This document shows positions 48,694 through 57,628 of a DNA stretch of 64,000 nucleotides, piece after piece. A program made the position numbers and the translations under genes. Source of the stretch: an uncultured Gemmatimonadales bacterium (lineage in GTDB: Bacteria > Gemmatimonadota > Gemmatimonadetes > Gemmatimonadales > Gemmatimonadaceae). The stretch spans positions 608,001 through 672,000 of the forward strand of contig CAWBZV010000002.1 of NCBI GenBank assembly GCA_963793305.1, in the 5' to 3' direction. The notes below the pieces were generated by a model, which saw nothing but the letters and a program-made list of their open reading frames with translations, was not told where the DNA came from and did no database searches. Each line of letters opens with the position of its first letter. Position 1 is the first letter of the stretch.

Positions 48694-49398
48694 GTGAATC
48701 TTCCGAACGCGATCACTGTCGGGCGCATCGTCGCCGCGCCCGCGATCGCGTTGTTGGCCCTCCTGCCGTCCTGGCCAGCGCGTCTCGCGGCGTTCGTGAT
48801 ATTCATTGTCGCGGCCCTCACCGACTACATTGACGGGAAGCTCGCCCGCGAACGGAATCTCGTCACGGACTTGGGTCGCGTGCTCGACCCGCTAGCCGAC
48901 AAGCTGCTGCTCGCCGCGACCGTCGCGCCGATGTATGTACTCCAAGCTCCCCCGCATGATGTGTTGGGATCATATACCGCGAGCGCTGGGTTTCTTGGCC
49001 TGACGTCGCTCCCGTTCCGTACGCCGGTGGGTCCGGTGCCCCTCCCGTTCTGGGTCGTCGCGATCGTGCTCGGTCGCGAGATCGTGATGACCGTGTTTCG
49101 CCAGGCCGCGTTGCGCCGGGGCACGGTGATCGCCGCGATCGGCCCGGCCAAATGGAAGACAGGGTTCCAGTGGACCTGGATCGGCTCGGCCTTGTTCTGG
49201 TTCTTCGCGACCAGCGCCTTCACCGCGACGTCGCTGACGCCATCGTTCGTAACGCCCGCGTCACTGTTCATTGGCATCGTCGGCACCGCAAGCCTCGTCG
49301 GCGCCATTGTCTTTTCGCTCTACTCGTTGGGTCTCTATCTTGGCCGTTACGGCCGCGTTTTCCTGAGACCCAACCCGAGAGCAAGACAATCCCCATAG
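48694..49398 (+). CDS. pgsA: CDP-diacylglycerol-glycerol-3-phosphate phosphatidyltransferase
   Basis: NLPNAIT and TDYIDGKLAR...G..LDPLADK motifs. Confidence 0.88.
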   Translation: MNLPNAITVGRIVAAPAIALLALLPSWPARLAAFVIFIVAALTDYIDGKLARERNLVTDLGRVLDPLADKLLLAATVAPMYVLQAPPHDVLGSYTASAGFLGLTSLPFRTPVGPVPLPFWVVAIVLGREIVMTVFRQAALRRGTVIAAIGPAKWKTGFQWTWIGSALFWFFATSAFTATSLTPSFVTPASLFIGIVGTASLVGAIVFSLYSLGLYLGRYGRVFLRPNPRARQSP

Positions 49399-50612
49399 TG
49401 CACCGTCGCATTTCGCTGCTCGCGATTCTGTATCTATCCGCTTGCTCCACTGACGTCATCAATCCTCCGAAGCAGCAAGCGCCGACCCCGCCGATGGCGA
49501 TCTCCGTTTTCGCTGGCGATCGGTCGACCTGCGTCCTGACCTCCGGCGGCGCCGTCGAGTGCTGGGGCAGCAACGCGTTGGGCACGCTGGGCCTGGGCAC
49601 TACGGATTCAAACGCCCACGGGACACCGGACACCGTCGTGGGAGGTCATTCGTTCGGAGCGCTGTCCGGCGCTGCGAGCTTCGTCTGTGCGCTCACGACC
49701 CAGGGACAACCCTGGTGTTGGGGAACCGCGTTGTCGAGCCAGTCGACTGTGCCCGATCGTGACTCTGTGCCCGTGGCGCTCACGGGGGCGCCAGCCATGA
49801 GCTCGATATCGGTCGGCTGGGGTCACGCGTGCGGTCTTACGGTTGCCGGTGCCGCGTATTGCTGGGGGCACAATCAGTTCGGCCAGCTCGGTACCGGCGA
49901 TACGGTGGATCGGGGAACGCCGACACCGGTGCTCGGGGGATCCACGTGGCGGGCAATCAGTGCCGGCATTGACAACACGTGCGCGGTGAGCACGACGGGT
50001 CAGGCGAATTGCTGGGGCGATACAGCGTACATCAACGGCGCGATTTCCGACGAAATCGAGACCGCGCCAGGCGCGCCGATCGCGAGTCCAGTGAGGTTTG
50101 CATCCCTCCACTCAGGTGCAGATTACCAATGTGGTCTCACGTCCGCTGGTGCGGCGTACTGTTGGGGGCTCAATTATGCGAGTGCCCTCGGCGATAGCTC
50201 GATGACCTTTCAGCCGGTACCCGTTGCGGTCGTCGGTGGCATCACGTTCGCCACGATCGCCATCTCCGGCGAGAATTCCATCGTTCCCACGACCTGTGGA
50301 CTGTCGACCCAGGGCGCGGCCTATTGCTGGGGCAACCAGTCGTACGAACAACTCGGTACCTCGGCAGCGCAGCTCAGCACGTGCGCGATCACGCCGGAGC
50401 AATTCAGCGTGCCCTGTTCTCCGGTGCCGGTGTCAGTGGCCGGCGGGCTCACGTTCACGGCGATCGCGGTCGGGAACACGCACGTGTGCGCCGTGACCGC
50501 GCGGGGCGCTGTCTACTGCTGGGGAATGAACGACCAAGGGCAGCTGGGAACTGCCACGTCGACGCCGTCGGCCTCCTCGCCAATTCGCGTCAGCGGCTTT
50601 GGCACGCAGTAG
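49398..50612 (+). CDS. RCC1-repeat lipoprotein
   Basis: Lipobox LSAC; seven C-x7,8-CWG repeats. Confidence 0.9.
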   Translation: MHRRISLLAILYLSACSTDVINPPKQQAPTPPMAISVFAGDRSTCVLTSGGAVECWGSNALGTLGLGTTDSNAHGTPDTVVGGHSFGALSGAASFVCALTTQGQPWCWGTALSSQSTVPDRDSVPVALTGAPAMSSISVGWGHACGLTVAGAAYCWGHNQFGQLGTGDTVDRGTPTPVLGGSTWRAISAGIDNTCAVSTTGQANCWGDTAYINGAISDEIETAPGAPIASPVRFASLHSGADYQCGLTSAGAAYCWGLNYASALGDSSMTFQPVPVAVVGGITFATIAISGENSIVPTTCGLSTQGAAYCWGNQSYEQLGTSAAQLSTCAITPEQFSVPCSPVPVSVAGGLTFTAIAVGNTHVCAVTARGAVYCWGMNDQGQLGTATSTPSASSPIRVSGFGTQ

Positions 50613-50620
50613 ATTTGTGC

Positions 50621-51865
50621 GTGCGCCTCGAACTAGTCACGATCGGTGACGAGCTGCTGCTCGGATTCACGGTCGATACGAACGCCGCCTACATGGCGCG
50701 CCAGCTCGCCGGCATCGGTGTCGAGATCGTTCGCCGCGCGACGTGTGGCGACGAGCCGGCGGCCATCGCCGAGGCCGTAGGCGACGCGCTCAGGCGAACC
50801 GGCGCGCTGATCACGACCGGCGGCCTCGGCCCGACGAGCGATGACCGCACGAAAGAGTCGATCGCCGCGCTCTTCGGTCGCGGGATGCGGCTCGACGACG
50901 AGATCCTTCAGCGCCTCGAGGAGCGCTGGGCGGCCCGCTTCAAGCAGCCGCTCCCCGCGCCCAATCGCCAGCAAGCGATGATCCCGGAGGACGCCGAGGT
51001 ACTCACGAATCGCCATGGGAGCGCGCCGGGGATCTGGCTCGAGGACGACGCCGGCCGGTGGGTCGCCATGCTGCCCGGCGTCCCGCGCGAAATGCGCGGC
51101 ATGCTCGGTGATGAGCTTATCCCGCGTCTCACCGCGCGCCTCGGTACTGCGGCTGTCGTCCGGTCCGCGACACTGCGCACGACCGGCATTGCGGAGTCGC
51201 TGCTGGCCGAGCAGCTCGGCAACGTGGCGAGAGGCGTCGATGGGCTCCCGCTCGCGTATCTGCCCGGCCATGATGGTGTCGATCTGCGTCTCACCGCCCG
51301 CGGGTTGCCGGCGGACGCGGCCGAACGGGCACTGGATACTGGCATCGCAGCCTTGCGTGAGAAGACCGGGCGGTTTGCGTACGCCACGGGGTCCGAGGAC
51401 CTTGCCGAGGTGGTGCTCGACCTCTGTCGCGCGAAGGGTCTGACGATAGCGACTGGCGAAAGCTGCACCGGTGGTATGCTCGGTGAGCGCCTCACGGCTA
51501 TTCCAGGGTCAAGCGATGTGGTCGTCGGTGGCGTCATCGCCTACTCCAACGAAATCAAAACCGCTCTGCTGGGCGTCGACGCTGACCTGATCGCCACCCA
51601 TGGGGCTGTAAGCGAGCCAGTCGCGCGGGCGATGGCCGAGGGGGCGAGGGACAGGCTGGGGGCATCGATCGGGGTAGGGATCACCGGAATCGCTGGCCCC
51701 GGCGGTGCAACGCCGGGGAAGCCGGTCGGCACCGTTGACCTCGCCATTGCGGGCCCATGGCCGACAGAAGCCCGCCGTGTGCAACTCATTGGCGATCGTG
51801 AGGAGATCCGGTATCGAGCCAGTCAGGGGGCGCTGAACATGATCAGGCTGCGATTAGATTCATAA
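50621..51865 (+). CDS. cinA: Competence/damage-inducible protein CinA
   Basis: IGDELLLG, TGGLGPTSDD, ESCTGG and ITGIAGPGG motifs. Confidence 0.95.
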   Translation: MRLELVTIGDELLLGFTVDTNAAYMARQLAGIGVEIVRRATCGDEPAAIAEAVGDALRRTGALITTGGLGPTSDDRTKESIAALFGRGMRLDDEILQRLEERWAARFKQPLPAPNRQQAMIPEDAEVLTNRHGSAPGIWLEDDAGRWVAMLPGVPREMRGMLGDELIPRLTARLGTAAVVRSATLRTTGIAESLLAEQLGNVARGVDGLPLAYLPGHDGVDLRLTARGLPADAAERALDTGIAALREKTGRFAYATGSEDLAEVVLDLCRAKGLTIATGESCTGGMLGERLTAIPGSSDVVVGGVIAYSNEIKTALLGVDADLIATHGAVSEPVARAMAEGARDRLGASIGVGITGIAGPGGATPGKPVGTVDLAIAGPWPTEARRVQLIGDREEIRYRASQGALNMIRLRLDS

Positions 51866-51869
51866 AACT

Positions 51870-52364
51870 ATGGCATTCTCTGACCAAGCAGACGGTGCTC
51901 CAGACCAGGCGCCTCTGCCGGCCGAGGCGGACATCGAGGAGCAGAAGGACAAGTACCTGCGTCTCGCCGCCGAATACGACAATTACCGGAAACGCACGCA
52001 GCGCGAGCGCCAGGAAGAGCGGGCACGCTCCCAAGCGGACCTGGTCAAGCAACTCATCGATGGCCTCGAGGATCTCGCGCGGGTCGCGCACGTGGACCCG
52101 GCGACGGTCGATGTCGGCACGGTCATACACGGCGCCGATATCGCCGAGCGCAAGCTGCTCAAGGCGCTGCAGAACGCCGGACTCGTCATCATCAACCCAA
52201 TCGACCAGGCCTTCGATCCGGCGCTGCACGAGGCGGTCGGGACCGAGCCCGCCTTGTCGCCCGAGGACGACCACCTCGTAGCCCGGGTGTACCAGCCGGG
52301 CTATCTGTTCAACTCCCAACTCCTGCGTCCCGCACGAGTCGTCGTGAAGCAGTGGAACGGTTGA
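51870..52364 (+). CDS. grpE: Nucleotide exchange factor GrpE
   Basis: [20 protein letters not shown] and LLRPARVVV motifs. Confidence 0.95.
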   Translation: MAFSDQADGAPDQAPLPAEADIEEQKDKYLRLAAEYDNYRKRTQRERQEERARSQADLVKQLIDGLEDLARVAHVDPATVDVGTVIHGADIAERKLLKALQNAGLVIINPIDQAFDPALHEAVGTEPALSPEDDHLVARVYQPGYLFNSQLLRPARVVVKQWNG

Positions 52365-52371
52365 TCTGACC

Positions 52372-53514
52372 ATGGCGTCACAGACCAAGGACTATTACGC
52401 GGTCCTGGGTGTGCCAGCATCGGCAAGCCAAGACGAGATCAAGAAGCAGTATCGGAAGCTCGCCAAGAGAAACCACCCGGACACGAACCAGAGCGACCCG
52501 AAGGCCGCCGAGCGCTTCAAGGAGATCTCGGAGGCCTACACCGTGCTGGGCGACGCGGACAAGCGGAAGCAGTACGACGAAATGCGGCGGCTCGGCGCGT
52601 TCGGCGGTTTCGCCGACGCAGCGCACAGCGCGCGCGGTGGAGCACGCCCTCGGCCCGGTCCTGGTCCGACACCCGGCGGTTCCTCGTATCGCTACGAGGA
52701 CTTCGACGTCGGCGGCTTCGGCGGTCTCGGGGATCTCTTCAGCTCGATGTTCGGCGGCAACGGCGAGCGCGCGACGCGCTCCAGTGGTCCCGAGCGCGGG
52801 CAGACGGTCGAGACGACGCTCGAGATCCCGTTCCGAACCGCTGCACTCGGCGGCAAAGTGCCGATCGAGCTCGAAGTAAACGAGCCGTGTCCGACCTGTC
52901 ACGGGAGCGGCGGCGCCCCCGGTGCGACATTCAAAACCTGCCCGGAGTGCGGTGGCCGTGGGACCGTGTCATTTGGTCAGGGCGGCTTCGCGGTGAACCG
53001 GCCGTGCCCGATGTGCCTTGGCCGCGGACAGGTGCCGAGCCAGACGTGTCCGACCTGCAATGGGGTCGGCGAAGTGCGGAATCGCAAGAAGATCTTGATC
53101 ACCGTGCCGCCTGGCGCCGACACCGGGACCAAGATCCGACTCCGCGGACAGGGTGGCGCCGGGTCGCAAGGAGCAGCGCCCGGCGATCTCGTCATCACGT
53201 TCCAGGTGACGCCGGATCGCTTCTACAAACGCGACGGCCTCGATGTCATCGCGACGGTGCCGCTCAACATCGCGCAAGCGACGCTCGGCTCGAAGATCAG
53301 CGTGCGGACGCTCGACGGGAAGAAAGTCGCGATCCGCATTCCGCCGGGCACGCCGGCGGGGAAGCGCTTCCGCGTGCCCGGTCAGGGCATCGCGAAGGAC
53401 AACGCCAAGGGCGATCTCATCGTCGAGGTCACCATCAACGTTCCGGAGAAGCTCACGGAAGAGCAGGAGCGGATGATGAAAGAGTTCGCGGAATCAGGTG
53501 GCCTGAAATACTGA
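52372..53514 (+). CDS. dnaJ: Chaperone DnaJ
   Basis: HPD motif, G/F region and four CxxCxGxG repeats. Confidence 0.96.
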   Translation: MASQTKDYYAVLGVPASASQDEIKKQYRKLAKRNHPDTNQSDPKAAERFKEISEAYTVLGDADKRKQYDEMRRLGAFGGFADAAHSARGGARPRPGPGPTPGGSSYRYEDFDVGGFGGLGDLFSSMFGGNGERATRSSGPERGQTVETTLEIPFRTAALGGKVPIELEVNEPCPTCHGSGGAPGATFKTCPECGGRGTVSFGQGGFAVNRPCPMCLGRGQVPSQTCPTCNGVGEVRNRKKILITVPPGADTGTKIRLRGQGGAGSQGAAPGDLVITFQVTPDRFYKRDGLDVIATVPLNIAQATLGSKISVRTLDGKKVAIRIPPGTPAGKRFRVPGQGIAKDNAKGDLIVEVTINVPEKLTEEQERMMKEFAESGGLKY

Positions 53515-54803
53515 CGGCCGCCAGAATCCAGAGCGCTCCCCTGAGCGTCAACCAGTAACGCATTCCAGCCGGTCCCAGTGCCAGCAGTGCGAGCGTCACG
53601 AGGCACATCCCAGCAAATACCCAACAAACTCCTCGCGCTTCGCGCTCGTCGCTTTGCTTCGAGATATCGCTGTATTGGCCCATGACCGCCATCGGCGAGC
53701 GTACTTCGCGCTCGTCGCTTTGCTTCGAGATATCGCTGTATTGGCCCGTGATCGCCATCGGCGAGCGCGCGAAGCGCGCGAGGCCAATTCCGGCGAGAAT
53801 GAGCAACACCGCGTTGTCGAGCATCGCCGCGAGATTGCGCGGGGCAGTCAGTGGCAGATCTGGGTGAATGCTCGCGATAGAGACCGCCACTTTCTCTGCC
53901 AATGTGCGCATGACGTTCGAGCGGGTGCAATGCCATATAACGCAAAGCCTGCCGCTTGAAGTAGGCGTCCGCCCCGACCTCGTCGAGATCCTGGGTCTCG
54001 GCGAAGATCGGCGCCATGACAGTCTTGTTCATCGAAACGATGTCGACCTGGCCGAGCGCCAGTGACCCCCGCGCAAACGGCCCGTTGGCCTCCCACAGCG
54101 TGATGCCATCATGCGTCGACCCGATCACGAAGTGCCCGAGCACAACCTGATTCCGGACTCCCCAGACCCCCAGCGCCATCACCACGCCGGCAACGGCGAT
54201 GGCCGCGGCGCGCCGGATGGGTCCGAGCGCGAGCAGCGGCACGATGAGCAGCACGGCTTCCATACGCGTGATCGCCGCCGCGCCCGCTGCGATGAACAGT
54301 GCTACATACCCCCAGCCGCGCCAGCGGAGCGCGATGATGGCGAAGACGGCCCACAGGAGCGCGGCGCCCAAGACCGCATCGTCGCGGTTGGACGCATGAA
54401 GCAGCGTGACGGGATCGAGGGCCGCGACGAAACCCGCGACGAGCGCCAACGTCGGGCCGCCGAGCGCGAGACCAACGGCCGCGATCGAGACGATGAGCAG
54501 CGCGGCGACCGGGACGTTCCAATAATCCCAGACGCGAAGGCCCGTGCGGGTGCCCGCGGCGACCCACACAGGCTCGCCAGGGAGCTCGAACGCCCGAAGT
54601 GGTGGGTCGCTCGGTCGTGTTCCGCCCTTGAGCCGGCTCCAATCCGTGAGCTCGAGGTGACCAGTCGCGGCCAGCATCCGGCCGACATACGGCGCGGCAT
54701 TGGGTTCGACGTAGTTGCCGACGAGCCAGCGGACGCTCGCCGCCTGCGTGACGAGCGCGAAGAGCCAGACCGTGAGGAGCGGCCTGCTACGCAGCCAGGA
54801 CAG
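53453..54803 (-). CDS. Polytopic membrane protein, GT-C/ArnT-like (extra base near 53916; start uncertain)
   Basis: Many TM segments; WGVRN...[13 protein letters not shown] loop; frame switch HPL/RTLAEK. Confidence 0.65.
53631..53783. repeat. 66-bp tandem duplication bounded by inverted repeats, inside the CDS
   Basis: Units start at 53638 and 53704 and differ at about 2 positions; ends CCTCGCGCTTCGCGCTCG and CGAGCGCGCGAAGCGCGCGAGG. Confidence 0.9.
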
Positions 54804-55875
54804 GGAGCTGGGCCCGCGCGGCTTCGATGACCCCGCCGCCGATCACCATGTCACCGTCGTAGAGTACGAGCGACTGACCCGGGGCAATGGCCGCGACAGG
54901 CGCATCGAGTGCCAGCTCGATCTCCTCGCCATCAACCCGGACGATCTCGGCCGCGACCGGAGTCGCCCGATGGCGAATCTGTACGAGCACGCTCTCGCCG
55001 ACTGTTCTCGGCTCGGCGATCCAATTCAGCTCGCGCGCGATCACACCGCGACCCAACAGCTCGGCGCGCGGGCCGATCACGACCGCGCGCTCGTGCGGCC
55101 GGATCGCCGTCACGTACATGGCCTCACTGAACCCACCCGGAACTCCCCGCCGTTGGCCCACCGTAAATCTCGCGTAGCCCTCGTGCCAGCCCGCCACGGT
55201 GCCGTCGGACAGAACGAACGGGCCCCGCGCCAGCGCCGGCGCGTCAGCGCCGAGGCGCTTGGCGATGATTTTGGTGTGATCGCCATCCGGCACGAAGCAG
55301 ATATCCTGGCTCTCGACTTTCTCAGCCACCACGTCCAATCCCAATGCATGGGCGCGGGCGCGAGTCGCACTCTTCGTGAGTGAGCCTACCGGCAGCAAGA
55401 GTCGCCGCACGACGGCGGGGTCCAGGCCCCACAGGAAATACGACTGATCTTTTTTTGGATCGAGTCCGCGCCGAAGGATACCGTTCTCGGCCCGAGCATA
55501 ATGGCCTGTGGCGATCCACTTGGCGTCCAACGCGTCGCCCTTGGCCAGCAAGTCCCGAAACTTGGTGAATGTGTTACACCGAACGCATGGGATGGGCGTA
55601 CGGCCGCGGGCATACTCGGACACAAAATCGGCCACCACATCGCGCCCGAACGAATCTTCGAGGTTGAGGACGTAGTGCGGCACGCCGAGACGGGCACACA
55701 CGCGCCGTGCATCGTCGATAGAGTCGAGCGAGCAGCAGGGTCGATCGGGCGTCTCCTCGCCGTAGCAAAAGAGCTTCATCGTCACGCCGATGACGTCATA
55801 GCCGCCCTCGACGAGGAGCGCCGCGGCAACAGAGGAGTCCACGCCACCGGACATGGCGACGACCACACGGTCCAC
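54787..55875 (-). CDS. mnmA: tRNA 2-thiouridylase
   Basis: [30 protein letters not shown] and ESQDICF motifs. Confidence 0.97.
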   Translation of the reverse strand: MDRVVVAMSGGVDSSVAAALLVEGGYDVIGVTMKLFCYGEETPDRPCCSLDSIDDARRVCARLGVPHYVLNLEDSFGRDVVADFVSEYARGRTPIPCVRCNTFTKFRDLLAKGDALDAKWIATGHYARAENGILRRGLDPKKDQSYFLWGLDPAVVRRLLLPVGSLTKSATRARAHALGLDVVAEKVESQDICFVPDGDHTKIIAKRLGADAPALARGPFVLSDGTVAGWHEGYARFTVGQRRGVPGGFSEAMYVTAIRPHERAVVIGPRAELLGRGVIARELNWIAEPRTVGESVLVQIRHRATPVAAEIVRVDGEEIELALDAPVAAIAPGQSLVLYDGDMVIGGGVIEAARAQLPVLAA

Positions 55876-55877
55876 GA

Positions 55878-57035
55878 TCAGTGCCCCGCGGCCGAGAGCC
55901 GCCGCGCCTTCTCGACGAGCGCGGGAAAGATCTCGCCGACACGATCGATGTTCGCCTCGGTCGACAACGCGCCGAGACTGAGCCGCACGGCCGATCCGGC
56001 GAGATCAAGCGGGCAGTGCAGCGCCGTCAGCACGTGCAATGGGTCCGTATTGCCGCTCTGACACGCCGAGCCGGCTGAGGCGGCAACGCCGGCGAGATCG
56101 AGTGCCATGAGCATCGACTCGCTGTCCGTGCCCGGCACCGAGACCATGATGATGTGCGGCGCGCGCGTCGCCTTCTGCGCGTGGATGACGCAATCCGGAA
56201 TCCGCGCCTTGAGCGTCGCCTCCAGCCGATCGCGCAACCGGCCGAGCCGCTCGCGCTCGGCCGCGCGCTCCGCGACCACCAGCTCGGCGGCGCGCGCGAA
56301 CCCCACGGCGAACGCCACGTTCTCGGTGCCCGGCCGGCGGCCACGATCCTGCGACCCGCCATGCAGCAACGGCTCGATCACCGTGCCACGCCGAACGAAC
56401 AACGCGCCGACGCCCTTGGGCGCGCCGATCTTGTGTCCGGAGATCGTGAGCAGATCGAACGGTTGGCTCGCGGCGTCGATCGACACGGTGCAGAACGCCT
56501 GCACCGCATCGGTGTGGAACACGATATCGCGCTCGCGCGCCTGCTCGGCCAGCGTCGGGATCGGCTGCATTGTGCCGACTTCGTTGTTCACCCACATGAC
56601 GGAGCAGAGCGCGACATCGCTTCGCATCTGCGCGGCGAAGTCGTCGCCGCTCACCGCGCCATCGCGATCGACCACCAGGAACCGTTCGGTGGCACCCTCG
56701 CGGGCCGCCTGGTGCACGGCGGCCAGAATGGCCTTGTGCTCGATCGGCGTCGTGACGATGGCAGTCCGCGAGACACGGGCGCGCCAGGCGCCGAGGATCG
56801 CGAGATTGTCGCCCTCCGTCCCGCCGGAGACGAAGGAGATCTCGTCAGGATGTGAGCCTAGACATCGGGCGACACGCTCCCGAGCCTCGTCGAGCGCCAC
56901 TCGAGCCTCGCGGCCCCACCAATGGACACTCGATGGATTCCCAAATCGAGGGCCAAAGAAGGGGAGCATGGCCTCGAGGACGTCCTGACGCACCGGCGTC
57001 GTCGCGGCATGGTCGAGATAGATGGGATCAGGCAT
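55878..57035 (-). CDS. iscS: Cysteine desulfurase (IscS/NifS family)
   Basis: [19 protein letters not shown] and GSAC motifs. Confidence 0.93.
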   Translation of the reverse strand: MPDPIYLDHAATTPVRQDVLEAMLPFFGPRFGNPSSVHWWGREARVALDEARERVARCLGSHPDEISFVSGGTEGDNLAILGAWRARVSRTAIVTTPIEHKAILAAVHQAAREGATERFLVVDRDGAVSGDDFAAQMRSDVALCSVMWVNNEVGTMQPIPTLAEQARERDIVFHTDAVQAFCTVSIDAASQPFDLLTISGHKIGAPKGVGALFVRRGTVIEPLLHGGSQDRGRRPGTENVAFAVGFARAAELVVAERAAERERLGRLRDRLEATLKARIPDCVIHAQKATRAPHIIMVSVPGTDSESMLMALDLAGVAASAGSACQSGNTDPLHVLTALHCPLDLAGSAVRLSLGALSTEANIDRVGEIFPALVEKARRLSAAGH

Positions 57036-57058
57036 GACTCTGCAATATAATTCAGCCG

Positions 57059-57628
57059 GTGTTCGACCACTTCTTGCGCGCGCGAAAAGACCGGCTGCTC
57101 GCGCCGGTCGCGCGGCGGGTCGGCCGGCGGGTCTCGCCGACGACTATCACTATTCTGGCCTTCCTCGTGGGCGTGGCCGCCGCGTTGGGCGCCGCGCGCG
57201 GGGCGTACGTCATCGCCCTCGGTCTCTGGTGGGCGAATCGTCTCCTCGACGGCTTCGATGGGACGCTCGCGCGCGTCGCTGGGACGGCGAGCGCGTTCGG
57301 CGCGTACCTCGATATCGTCCTCGATTTCGTGGTCTACGCCGCCATCCCGCTGGGCCTCGTCCTCAGCGTGTCGGACCCTCGCGCGCCGCTGGCAGCCGCC
57401 CTGCTGTTGGCGACCTTCTACGTCAACGCCGCGACGTGGATGGCCCTCTCGGCCACGCCCGAGAAGAGCCCCCCTGGCCTCATCGCCGGGGCTGAAACAG
57501 TCGTGTTCTACACGTTATTTCTGGCCCTCCCCGGGCAGATCGTGCTCTTATTTCGGATCATGACGGTCCTTGTGGCCTTCACCGCGGTCCAGCGTCTCGT
57601 GTGGGCCGTGCGTCACTTGCCGAGATGA
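57059..57628 (+). CDS. CDP-alcohol phosphatidyltransferase, YnjF-like
   Basis: NRLLDGFDGTLAR...GAYLDIVLDF. Confidence 0.88.
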   Translation: MFDHFLRARKDRLLAPVARRVGRRVSPTTITILAFLVGVAAALGAARGAYVIALGLWWANRLLDGFDGTLARVAGTASAFGAYLDIVLDFVVYAAIPLGLVLSVSDPRAPLAAALLLATFYVNAATWMALSATPEKSPPGLIAGAETVVFYTLFLALPGQIVLLFRIMTVLVAFTAVQRLVWAVRHLPR

